The notes under the pieces were generated by a model that worked only from the letters and a program-made list of their open reading frames with translations, did no database searches and was not told where the DNA came from. Positions 10,547 through 18,937 of a DNA stretch of 64,000 nt are shown here, piece after piece. The translations under genes were made by a program, and so were the position numbers. Numbering within the stretch: the stretch's first letter is position 1; each line of letters starts with the position of its first letter. This stretch comes from an uncultured Clostridia bacterium (GTDB taxonomy: Bacteria > Bacillota > Clostridia > TANB77 > CAG-508): contig CAKPSX010000002.1 in the NCBI GenBank assembly GCA_934184665.1, positions 2,753 through 66,752 on the forward strand. Direction: 5' to 3'.

Positions 10547-10621
10547 AAATATTAATTTGTAATAAATATTTCTAAACAGTACTAAATATAATTGCAGATT
10601 TATATGTAAAAAAATCAAAAA

Positions 10622-10649
10622 ATAGCAAGAAATTCCTTGCTATTTTTTT
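10622..10649 (+). terminator. Rho-independent terminator after the thioesterase gene
   Basis: Stem ATAGCAAG / CTTGCTAT (10622-10629 / 10636-10643), 6-nt loop, then T-run 10644-10649. Confidence 0.75.
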
Positions 10650-10710
10650 AATTGTAGTGTATGATATATAAGTAGAAATAATACCGAACAAAAAGAAAGG
10701 GGAACGTGAT

Positions 10711-11115
10711 ATGAAGAAAATAATAACTGTAGCAATAATGCTAATTATATTAACAATGTCATTTGGATTAAATAAAGTATATGCAGCTGAAGCTATAATA
10801 GATCAACAAAATGAAAGTAAGTTAATAAAAATAAAAGAAAATGCTGCAAAGACTTTAGATGAATATAAAGAGAAATATGGTTCAGATGCATATGGGTTAA
10901 CAGCATATATTTTAAGTATAATTAGAATATACAGTATCCCATTTTGCTTTTTGGGAATAGCTATTAGTGCAATATATCAATATGTAATAGGAATCAGAAA
11001 GCTTGATACACAAGAAAAAGGATTAATTACAATGATATCATTTATAACAATATTAGTAATATGCCAGATATTACCACTTGCATTCGGAATAGTGGTGAAA
11101 TTTGGAAGGGGGTAA
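10711..11115 (+). CDS. Small secreted/membrane protein (signal peptide plus two C-terminal TM helices)
   Basis: Good SD (AAAGGGGAA). Signal peptide ending VYA/AE, a roughly 40-aa helical soluble segment, then two hydrophobic helices separated by the GIRKLDTQEKG loop. It ends 3 nt before the next gene. Confidence 0.7.
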   Translation: MKKIITVAIMLIILTMSFGLNKVYAAEAIIDQQNESKLIKIKENAAKTLDEYKEKYGSDAYGLTAYILSIIRIYSIPFCFLGIAISAIYQYVIGIRKLDTQEKGLITMISFITILVICQILPLAFGIVVKFGRG

Positions 11116-11118
11116 CAA

Positions 11119-13512
11119 ATGAAAGTTTTATTTGCAGTAAGTAATGATAAAATGTCAGAATCAATAGTAAGACAATATCAAAAAGAATATAAACAAATAA
11201 TATCATATAAAAATGTTTATTACTTTAATGCAATATTAAAAGAATTACAAAGAGATAAGACATATGACCGAATAATAATAAGTGAAGATTTAGAGCAATA
11301 TGTAAACACAAACTATGAGCAAATGGACAAGTTTTTATTTGATAGATTAGATAGTATTAGTGATGAAGCTTCAAACATGAATGGAGAAGACATACCTATT
11401 ATTTTGATTTGTACAGAAAGAAGAAATAAAGGTGAGCAATTATTAGTAAGATTATTTGGCATTGGGATATATAATGCAATACTTGGAACAGATAGAAGTG
11501 TAAATGAAGTATGTAGATTATTAAATAGACCACGTTCTAAAAAAGAAGCAAAAATATATTATAAAATAGATTCAGAAGATGTTACATATGAGAAAAATGA
11601 TGAAAACGATGTTAGTGAACAAGAAATCCAAAATATATTAGCACATTATAAAAGCTTAGGAAATAATGAAGAAAGATTTGTAGAAAGTTTTAATAGAATA
11701 GCAAGCCAATACAATGATACACAATTAAGAGTTATAAGTAAATTTTTACCTTTGAATGTTAAAGCAGTTCTTGAAGCTAATTCTACAAAATATCAAGAAA
11801 TAAATTCATATAATAATAAAATATCAGATAAAGTCAGAGTAAATAAAAAATCAGAGGCTAAATCAGGCACAAGTGAAGTTCTACTTCAAAATGTAAGAAC
11901 ACCTAAAATGAGTGAACCAGTAGTTGTTCCATCATCAATTGACACAAGCAAAAAGAAAAAAGTAGGTTCAAAATCAAATGCAAATGAAATTAAGAAAGAA
12001 GTTGTTAAGTCAATAATAAGACCAGAAAAGATTGAAGAAGTTCCTTTAGATGATATAGAAATAGAAGATATACCAAGTTTTGAAGAAACTGAGGAAACAT
12101 TTGCACCAACTTTAAACTTTGAGGAAAATAACGAACCAGTAACAATAGAAGAAGAAAAAAAGGTTGAAGAACCAGTTGTTACAGATCCTCCAAAGAGAAA
12201 AAGAGGTAGACCAAGAAAAGTAGTTGAAGAACCAGTCGTACAAGCACCAAAAAGAAAAAGAGGTAGACCAAGAAAAGTAGTTGAACCAGTTGTTGAAGAA
12301 CAAACTGAAAATGCAGTATTACCAGGTATTCAAGAAGAGGATGAAGGGTTTTTACCAGGCATCACTACAACAAATGTACCAAGAGAAGAAAAAGTAGTAA
12401 CAAACACTAGAACAACACCTATAGAGAAAACAGGTATACCAGGTATAGAAACAAGTCATCCAGAAACATATAATCCTGTTTATGAAGATGAAGAAGATTC
12501 TGTATTACCAGGTTTTGAAAATGATGGCGAAATAGAAGAACAATACACAAATGTATTAAAAAATCTAAAAGAAGAAAATGATAATACAACATACAAAGAA
12601 CCAATAAATGTAGAAGAAAGTCAATATGAAGAATTAGATATTGAAAGACTTTTATCACAAGGACAAAAAATAGTTGCATTTTTAGGAACAAGCAAAAATG
12701 GAACATCATTCTTAGTAAACAATGTTGCTGAATTATTATCATCAAATGGAATAGATACAGCCATTTTAGATTTAACACAAAATAGAAATGCATATTATAT
12801 ATATACTAGAAATGAAGATGATTTAAGAGAAAAATCAAACTATTTAATGAGAAACCTAGTTGAAGGTAGAGCAGATGGTTTGAAAGAGCATAGAAATTTA
12901 ACAATATATACATCAGCATTTGAAAATGATACAGAATTAACAAATGTTGAACCTATTATTGAAACACTTGCAAGAAATCACACAGTAGTTTTATTAGACT
13001 GTGATTTTACAACTCCAATGAAATATTTCAAATATGCTCAAGAAATATATCTAGTTCAATCAATGGATATATTAACAATACAACCACTTACAGCATTCTT
13101 AAGAAAACTTAGTGATAAAGGTATGCTTGAAGAATCAAAAGTAAGAGTTATATTAAATAAATTTATGAGAACAAAACAAATAAATGAAGAACTACTTATT
13201 GGAGGAATATCAATATATAATGATGCATCAATGACAGTTAGAAAAGAGTTATTTAATAGAAGAACAGTACCATATATAACAATCCCATTTGAAATGAAAA
13301 CATATTTAAGATATTTAGATGGACTAGTAGTATGTGATGTATCACTAAAAGGATATTCAAAAGAATTTATGCAAAGCTTAAAACAATTAGCAAATATGAT
13401 ATATAATCAAGGTGATAAATCAAAGGGAAAGTATAAGCCACCATCAATAAAAAATAATACTTTTTCAACAAATATGAGTGATACTTTAAATCAAATGAGG
13501 CAAAGCTATTAG
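11119..13512 (+). CDS. TadZ/CpaE-like protein: receiver-like N-domain, long disordered linker with two AT-hooks, C-terminal ParA/MinD-like domain with degenerate P-loop
   Basis: The N-terminal roughly 130 aa has a CheY-like alternation (MKVLFAVSND...RIIISEDLE...IPIILICTE). The linker has PKRKRGRPRKVVE twice and four (L/I)PG(I/F) motifs. The C-terminal domain (KIVAFLGTSKNGTSFLVNNVAELL...AILDLT...VVLLDCD) has a ParA/MinD fold, but GTSKNGTS puts Thr in place of the Walker-A Lys. Confidence 0.6.
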   Translation: MKVLFAVSNDKMSESIVRQYQKEYKQIISYKNVYYFNAILKELQRDKTYDRIIISEDLEQYVNTNYEQMDKFLFDRLDSISDEASNMNGEDIPIILICTERRNKGEQLLVRLFGIGIYNAILGTDRSVNEVCRLLNRPRSKKEAKIYYKIDSEDVTYEKNDENDVSEQEIQNILAHYKSLGNNEERFVESFNRIASQYNDTQLRVISKFLPLNVKAVLEANSTKYQEINSYNNKISDKVRVNKKSEAKSGTSEVLLQNVRTPKMSEPVVVPSSIDTSKKKKVGSKSNANEIKKEVVKSIIRPEKIEEVPLDDIEIEDIPSFEETEETFAPTLNFEENNEPVTIEEEKKVEEPVVTDPPKRKRGRPRKVVEEPVVQAPKRKRGRPRKVVEPVVEEQTENAVLPGIQEEDEGFLPGITTTNVPREEKVVTNTRTTPIEKTGIPGIETSHPETYNPVYEDEEDSVLPGFENDGEIEEQYTNVLKNLKEENDNTTYKEPINVEESQYEELDIERLLSQGQKIVAFLGTSKNGTSFLVNNVAELLSSNGIDTAILDLTQNRNAYYIYTRNEDDLREKSNYLMRNLVEGRADGLKEHRNLTIYTSAFENDTELTNVEPIIETLARNHTVVLLDCDFTTPMKYFKYAQEIYLVQSMDILTIQPLTAFLRKLSDKGMLEESKVRVILNKFMRTKQINEELLIGGISIYNDASMTVRKELFNRRTVPYITIPFEMKTYLRYLDGLVVCDVSLKGYSKEFMQSLKQLANMIYNQGDKSKGKYKPPSIKNNTFSTNMSDTLNQMRQSY
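12190..12285 (+). repeat. Intragenic 57-nt-period direct repeat encoding the two AT-hooks
   Basis: ccaaAgagaaaaagaggtagaccaagaaaagtagttgaa at 12190-12228 and ccaaAaagaaaaagaggtagaccaagaaaagtagttgaa at 12247-12285. They differ at one base. Confidence 0.9.
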
Positions 13513-13530
13513 AAATAGGAGGAAATAAAA

Positions 13531-14670
13531 TTGATAATTATAATTGGAATTTTAGTCACAATAATAATTGTATTGTTAATATACAATATGGCAATACATA
13601 GAAAAATACAACAATTTAATAATCTAAGTAGACAAGCTAATAATTTGAGGGTATTACAAGACTTCTTAAGTACAGTTGGAGAATGTTCAACAGTTGATGA
13701 AAAAATCAGAAAAATTAATGATATATTAATAGAAAAATATGAAATCAAATATTCAACAATAGTAGTATTTGATGGAGCTGAATATCAAGTTAAAGCATCT
13801 AATGTTGATGAAAAACATTGGGATACATTAAAAAGACTTCAAGATGTACCAATATTTAGAGACAGCGTTTCAACAGGAAATCCAAAATATGTTACAGTAA
13901 ATAATGATGCTGAAAGACTACCATATCAACAAATGGAATTTGGTAGAGCAAAATCTGCAATATTTTTCCCAATATATATAGACAATGTATATATTGGGTA
14001 TTGGATAATTGAAAGTGGAGTTCCACATGATTTTGACAATATAGATACAACAATTTTTGAAGTTGTAAAAGAAAATATTGTATCAGTATTAAGAACTGTG
14101 GTACATCAAAAAACATTAGAAGCAATTGTTAGAAAAGACTTATTTACAGGCTTATATTCAGAGGAATATTTGTACACAGAAGGAAAGAAACTTATTGATA
14201 AATATACAACATCTGCTGTATGTATGTTTAGAATAACAAATATTGAAGAAATAAATCAAAATTACTCAAGAGAACTTGGAAACCAAGTAATAATAAGAAT
14301 AAGTGATTATGTAAAAAATAATATATCAAAAGAATATGTATTTATTAGATATATGGGTCCAAAGTTTGTAATAGTATTTTCAGGAGTTGATACAGATTCA
14401 GTAACAAGTTTTATTGATGATTTGAAACAAGAAGTGGAAAAAATGAAGATATCATTAAAAAATCCAGATGATAACTTTGAAGAAGTAGAAATAGATGGAG
14501 CAAAAAATAAGAAGAAAAAATCAGAGTTAGAAAAAGCACAAGTTAGTCCTAAACTAAACTTTGTATTGACTACATACTATAAAGGTACAGGTATGGAAGA
14601 AGTATTGAAAAAATTAGAACAATATATAGATAATGCAAGCAAAAGCGAAAATGATATAACTTGTATATAA
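13531..14670 (+). CDS. Membrane-anchored GAF-like plus degenerate GGDEF domain protein
   Basis: TTG start behind AGGAGG. N-terminal TM and a central sensor-like region. The C-terminal region aligns by eye to a GGDEF domain (DLFTGLYSEEYL...CMFRITNIEEINQNYSRELGNQVI...RYMGPKFVIVFSG), but the GG(D/E)EF signature reads MGPKF. Confidence 0.6.
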   Translation: MIIIIGILVTIIIVLLIYNMAIHRKIQQFNNLSRQANNLRVLQDFLSTVGECSTVDEKIRKINDILIEKYEIKYSTIVVFDGAEYQVKASNVDEKHWDTLKRLQDVPIFRDSVSTGNPKYVTVNNDAERLPYQQMEFGRAKSAIFFPIYIDNVYIGYWIIESGVPHDFDNIDTTIFEVVKENIVSVLRTVVHQKTLEAIVRKDLFTGLYSEEYLYTEGKKLIDKYTTSAVCMFRITNIEEINQNYSRELGNQVIIRISDYVKNNISKEYVFIRYMGPKFVIVFSGVDTDSVTSFIDDLKQEVEKMKISLKNPDDNFEEVEIDGAKNKKKKSELEKAQVSPKLNFVLTTYYKGTGMEEVLKKLEQYIDNASKSENDITCI

Positions 14671-14691
14671 TCTATAGAAATGGAGGTCAAA

Positions 14692-14946
14692 ATGGATTTT
14701 GATAAAACAATGAGTTTCAATTTTGAAAAAGAAAAAAACACAAAAACAAAAGAAATTTTAAAAGAAGTATATGAGGCACTAGTTGAAAAGGGATATAATC
14801 CTATAAATCAAATAGTAGGATATATACTATCAGGAGATCCAACATATATAACAAGTCACAAAGAAGCAAGAAGCAAAATAAGACAAATAGAAAGAGATGA
14901 ATTGTTAGAGATGATGGTAAGAAATTATATTGGATTAGATGAATAG
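14692..14946 (+). CDS. ireB: IreB family regulatory phosphoprotein (UPF0297/YrzL)
   Basis: DKTMSFNF...[48 protein letters not shown] is the characteristic family core. The start was set to ATG 14692 behind GGAGG. Confidence 0.88.
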   Translation: MDFDKTMSFNFEKEKNTKTKEILKEVYEALVEKGYNPINQIVGYILSGDPTYITSHKEARSKIRQIERDELLEMMVRNYIGLDE

Positions 14947-14954
14947 AGGTAAAA

Positions 14955-15374
14955 ATGCGAATATTAGGAATAGATTATGGAGATTCGAGAACTGGAATAG
15001 CAATAACAGATGCACTAAATATAACAGTTCAAGGATTAGAAACAATAAATAATAAAGGCTCAGACAAGGTTATTCTTAAGAGGCTTGATGAAATTTTAGA
15101 AAAATATGAAGTTGATACAATAGTTGTTGGAAGACCAATAAATATGAATGGTACACCTTCAGAAAGAACTAATATCACAGAAAAGTTTATTCATAAATTA
15201 AAATGCAAATATAATAAAATGAAAATTGAAACAGTAGATGAAAGATTAACAACCATTGCGGCACATAAAACAATGAACTTCTTAGAAATAAATAAGAATA
15301 AAAAGAAAAATATAGTAGATACTATATCTGCGGTATATATTTTAGAAACATACTTAAATAAAATTCAAAACTAG
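14955..15374 (+). CDS. ruvX: Holliday junction resolvase-like protein RuvX (YqgF)
   Basis: MRILGIDYGDSRTGIAITD N-terminus, VVGRPINMNGT and DERLTT motifs. Confidence 0.92.
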   Translation: MRILGIDYGDSRTGIAITDALNITVQGLETINNKGSDKVILKRLDEILEKYEVDTIVVGRPINMNGTPSERTNITEKFIHKLKCKYNKMKIETVDERLTTIAAHKTMNFLEINKNKKKNIVDTISAVYILETYLNKIQN

Positions 15375-15403
15375 TTGCAAAAAGTGCAAAAATAGTGTAT
15401 GAT
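15375..15403 (+). promoter_or_regulatory. Candidate sigma-A promoter upstream of the DUF1292 gene
   Basis: TTGCAA (15375-15380), 17-nt spacer, TATGAT (15398-15403). Confidence 0.35.
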
Positions 15404-15437
15404 GTTTAAGATTAAAATAAATTGAAAGGAGTAAATA

Positions 15438-15737
15438 ATGGAAGAAGAAGAATTAGATAACATAATAATATTAAATGATGAAGATGGAAATGAAGTTAGA
15501 TTCGAATTCCTAGATTTAGTAGAACTAGATGAGGAAGAATATGTAGTATTATTACCAGTTTCAGAAGAAGGAGAAGAAGACGAGGGAGAAGTAGTAATAT
15601 TAAAATTAGAAGACACAGACGAAGATTCAGAAGAAGAATCATATGTAGGTGTTGAAGATGAAGAAATATTAAATAAAGTATTTACAATGTTTAAAGAAAA
15701 ATATAAAGATGAATTTAATTTTGTAGATGAAGACTAA
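15438..15737 (+). CDS. DUF1292 (UPF0473) family acidic protein
   Basis: The pattern IIILNDEDGNEVRFEFLDLVELDEEEYVVLLP...VVILKLE is the family hallmark. It occupies the conserved position after ireB-ruvX. Confidence 0.85.
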   Translation: MEEEELDNIIILNDEDGNEVRFEFLDLVELDEEEYVVLLPVSEEGEEDEGEVVILKLEDTDEDSEEESYVGVEDEEILNKVFTMFKEKYKDEFNFVDED

Positions 15738-15743
15738 AAAGTT

Positions 15744-15791
15744 GGTGTTGGGAGATGGAAATATGTATTTCTACAGCCCAGCACCTTTTTT
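15744..15791 (+). terminator. Rho-independent terminator after the DUF1292 gene
   Basis: GGTGTTGGG (15744-15752) pairs with CCCAGCACC (15777-15785), with inner GAAATA/TATTTC pairing. T-run 15786-15791 follows. Confidence 0.8.
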
Positions 15792-15828
15792 AACTAGAAT
15801 TACGCATTGAGAAAGGAATGTGATATAA

Positions 15829-16320
15829 ATGAAAAACTTTTCAACAATATTATTAACAATGTTTATGGTAATGTTTTGGCTATTTAGGGCAATTGTTGCA
15901 CTATGTACTCAATATTCAATAGATTTACTAGGAATTGTAGCATATAATTTAAATATAGAAATAGCAATTGCATTTATAACAATATTATGTATTATATTAG
16001 TAGTAAAAAGAAAATTAATTGGAGCATTATTGTACTTTTTAATTTATGGAGCTTATTTTGGAGAACACTTATTTAATGCTCTTGTACCTTTAATACAAAA
16101 ACAAACAACATTAACAGTTGATATGAGCATGAATTTATTTTCAGATTTTGTAGGAATTATATTAGCTTTATTTATATTATTTGATATGCTTATTGATAAA
16201 AATAGAAAAGCAAACCCAATTGACAAAAAAACAGACTGGTATTTTAAAAATCAAAAATATGAAGATGAATTAAATGCAAGAGATAAGAGAGAAGATAATA
16301 ATGAATACAAATATTATTAA
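15829..16320 (+). CDS. Hypothetical 4-TM membrane protein with charged C-tail
   Basis: Good SD (GAAAGGAA) and four hydrophobic helices. Its last 20 nt overlap the response-regulator start. Confidence 0.7.
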   Translation: MKNFSTILLTMFMVMFWLFRAIVALCTQYSIDLLGIVAYNLNIEIAIAFITILCIILVVKRKLIGALLYFLIYGAYFGEHLFNALVPLIQKQTTLTVDMSMNLFSDFVGIILALFILFDMLIDKNRKANPIDKKTDWYFKNQKYEDELNARDKREDNNEYKYY

Positions 16321-16984
16321 TAAAAAAAAGATATTAATCGTAGAAGATGAAAATGTTATTAGAAATGAGTTAAAAACATTACTGAAGAACTCAGGCTATG
16401 AAGTATTAGCGCTAGAAAATTTTCATAATGCAAAAGAGGATATTTTGAATGAAAAGCCTGATTTGATTTTACTTGATATAAACATACCTAATATAAATGG
16501 GGAAATTTTGCTAAAAGAAATAAGAAAAGAATCAAATGTACCTGTTATTATGGTCACAAGTAGAGCAGGAGAAGTAGATGAAGTACTTTCCATTTCATAT
16601 GGTGCAGATGATTATATTACAAAACCATATAATCCAACTATTTTGTTGTTAAGGATACAAAATATATTTAAGCGAATGAAAAATAACAGAGATGATATTT
16701 TTTATGATGATATAATAGTAAATCCACAAAAAGGCATACTAGAACAAAATGGAAAAATCATAGAACTTACTAAAAATGAAATGATAATATTTACATATTT
16801 ATTAAGTAATCGTGGAAAAATTGTTACTCGAGATGATTTAATGACAGAATTATGGAATAATAATGAATTTATAAATGATAATGCTTTAACTGTTAATATC
16901 AGCAGATTAAGAAGTAAATTACAAGACTTTGGAATTAAAGATAAAATAGAAACAAGAAAAGGACAAGGTTATAAATTATTATGA
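16301..16984 (+). CDS. OmpR-family response regulator (BceR-like)
   Basis: Receiver KILIVEDE...DLILLDINIP...VIMVTS and a winged-helix output (LTKNEMIIFTYLL...VNISRLRSKL...IETRKGQGYKL). The start was set to ATG 16301 (MNTNIINKKK). Confidence 0.9.
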   Translation: MNTNIINKKKILIVEDENVIRNELKTLLKNSGYEVLALENFHNAKEDILNEKPDLILLDINIPNINGEILLKEIRKESNVPVIMVTSRAGEVDEVLSISYGADDYITKPYNPTILLLRIQNIFKRMKNNRDDIFYDDIIVNPQKGILEQNGKIIELTKNEMIIFTYLLSNRGKIVTRDDLMTELWNNNEFINDNALTVNISRLRSKLQDFGIKDKIETRKGQGYKLL

Positions 16985-18000
16985 AACTAGGGGAATATTT
17001 ATTAGATAAGACACCACAAATAGTCATATCAATAATTGGGTATGTTATTACCATTTTTCTATTAAATGCTTTTAAAGTGGGGAATGATTTAAAAATAGCA
17101 ATAACAATTATATTTATAATAGTGGTTTTACTCAACATATTTATTGAATATTTTAGAAAACATAAATTTTATATAAATTTATTAAATATACTTGAAACAT
17201 TAGACAAAAAATATTTAATTTTAGAGATGATAAATAAACCTAATTTTTATGAAGGAGAAATATTTTATCAAACTCTTTATGAAATAAATAAATCAATGAT
17301 TGAAAATGTAAAAGAATATAATTTAAGTATCACAGATTTTAAAGAATATGTGGAAATGTGGATTCATGAAGTAAAAATACCAATATCTAGTTTGACTTTA
17401 CTAAATCATAATCATCAAAACCAGCTTGACAAAAGATATATAGAACAAATTAGAAGATTGGATAATTATATAGATCAGATTTTATATTATGTAAGAAGCG
17501 AAAATGCAGAAAAAGATTATATTATAAAAGAAAAAGATTTACGAGAAATAATAAAAAATGTTGCATTAAAAAATAAAGATGATTTATTAGAAAATAATGT
17601 TAGTATAGATGTTGACATTCATAATGAAAAAGTGTTAACAGATGCTAAATGGTTAGAATTTATTTTAAATCAGATTATAAATAATAGTATTAAATACAAG
17701 AAAAATAATGTGGACTCATATATAAAAATAACTTCAGAAGAAGATAAAAATCAGATATATTTAAGTATTTATGATAATGGAATTGGCATTCCAGAAAAAG
17801 ATATATCAAGAGTTTTTGATAAATCATTTACTGGAGAGAATGGAAGGACACTAGCAAAATCAACAGGAATGGGACTTTATATTGCAAAGAAATTGTGTAA
17901 CAAACTAGGACATAAAATAATTATCGAATCTAAAATACAAGAATATACAAAAGTTACAATTATTTTTTCTAAAAATGACTTTTACAAAATTAAAGATTAG
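16981..18000 (+). CDS. Intramembrane-sensing histidine kinase (BceS-like)
   Basis: Two N-terminal TM helices with almost no extracellular loop, H-box WIHEVKIPISS, N-box LNQIINNSIKY and G-boxes YDNGIGIP and GMGLYIAKKL. ATGA overlap with the regulator gene. Confidence 0.9.
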   Translation: MKLGEYLLDKTPQIVISIIGYVITIFLLNAFKVGNDLKIAITIIFIIVVLLNIFIEYFRKHKFYINLLNILETLDKKYLILEMINKPNFYEGEIFYQTLYEINKSMIENVKEYNLSITDFKEYVEMWIHEVKIPISSLTLLNHNHQNQLDKRYIEQIRRLDNYIDQILYYVRSENAEKDYIIKEKDLREIIKNVALKNKDDLLENNVSIDVDIHNEKVLTDAKWLEFILNQIINNSIKYKKNNVDSYIKITSEEDKNQIYLSIYDNGIGIPEKDISRVFDKSFTGENGRTLAKSTGMGLYIAKKLCNKLGHKIIIESKIQEYTKVTIIFSKNDFYKIKD

Positions 18001-18020
18001 TCTTTCAAAAAGTATGGTAT

Positions 18021-18036
18021 ATTACAAAATTGTAAT
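18021..18036. promoter_or_regulatory. Perfect inverted repeat ATTACAA-AA-TTGTAAT, a candidate BceR-like operator upstream of the ABC transporter genes
   Basis: 7-bp arms at 18021-18027 and 18030-18036. Further ATTACA/TGTAAT half-sites lie at 18041-18046, 18077-18084 and 18105-18110, all inside the 172-nt HK-to-ABC intergenic region. Confidence 0.45.
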
Positions 18037-18172
18037 GTTCTGTAATATTAGAATAGCGACTAATCTTTATTTTTATATTACAATATAAACAGTATTGAAA
18101 AAGAATTACATGTTATAGCTGGATTTTGAAATTTTTCAATAAAAACAAAGACAAGAAAGGAAGGAAAAAATA

Positions 18173-18937
18173 TTGAACATTTTAAAAATTGATAAAATTG
18201 AAAAATATTATGGCAGTAAATCAAGTCTAACAAAAGCTATTGATAATATATCTTTTGATGTTGAAAAAGGAGAGTTTGTTGCTATAATGGGAGCAAGTGG
18301 CTCTGGAAAAACTACACTTTTAAATTGTATTTCTACTATTGATAAAGTTACATCAGGACATATTTATGTGGGTGATAAAGATATTACTAGATTAAAAGGA
18401 AACAGTTTAAATAAATTTAGAAGAGAAGAGTTAGGATTTATCTTTCAAGATTTTAATTTACTTGATACATTAACTGCTTATGAAAATATTGCTTTAGCAT
18501 TATCTATCCAAAATGTACCTGCAAAAGAAATAGAGGAGAGAATTAAAAAAGTAGCAAAAGAACTTGATATTGTTAAAGTTTTAGAAAAATATCCATATCA
18601 AATGAGTGGAGGTCAAAAACAGAGAGTTGCTTCAGCAAGAGCAATTATCACTAATCCGAAATTAATACTTGCAGATGAACCAACAGGAGCACTTGATTCA
18701 AAATCAGCAAAAATGTTATTGGAACAATTTGAATATTTAAATAAAACAATTCATGCAACTATTCTTATGGTTACACATGACGCATTTACAGCAAGTTATG
18801 CAACAAGAGTTATTTTTATCAAAGATGGTAAAATTTTTAACGAAATACATAAAGGCACAGATACAAGAAAAGAATTTTTTGATAAAATCATTGATGTTGT
18901 AACACTTCTTGGAGGAGATTTAAATGATGCTCTTTAA
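18173..18937 (+). CDS. ABC transporter ATP-binding protein (BceA-like)
   Basis: Walker A GASGSGKTT, signature MSGGQKQR and Walker B ILADEPTGALD. TTG start behind AAGGAAGGAA. Confidence 0.92.
   Translation: MNILKIDKIEKYYGSKSSLTKAIDNISFDVEKGEFVAIMGASGSGKTTLLNCISTIDKVTSGHIYVGDKDITRLKGNSLNKFRREELGFIFQDFNLLDTLTAYENIALALSIQNVPAKEIEERIKKVAKELDIVKVLEKYPYQMSGGQKQRVASARAIITNPKLILADEPTGALDSKSAKMLLEQFEYLNKTIHATILMVTHDAFTASYATRVIFIKDGKIFNEIHKGTDTRKEFFDKIIDVVTLLGGDLNDAL

Noticed and set aside
12190-12285. Direct repeats that might have suggested a CRISPR-like or minisatellite element.
   Set aside because: There are only two copies, in frame, inside a CDS. They encode the duplicated AT-hook peptide, so this is a protein-level repeat, not an array.
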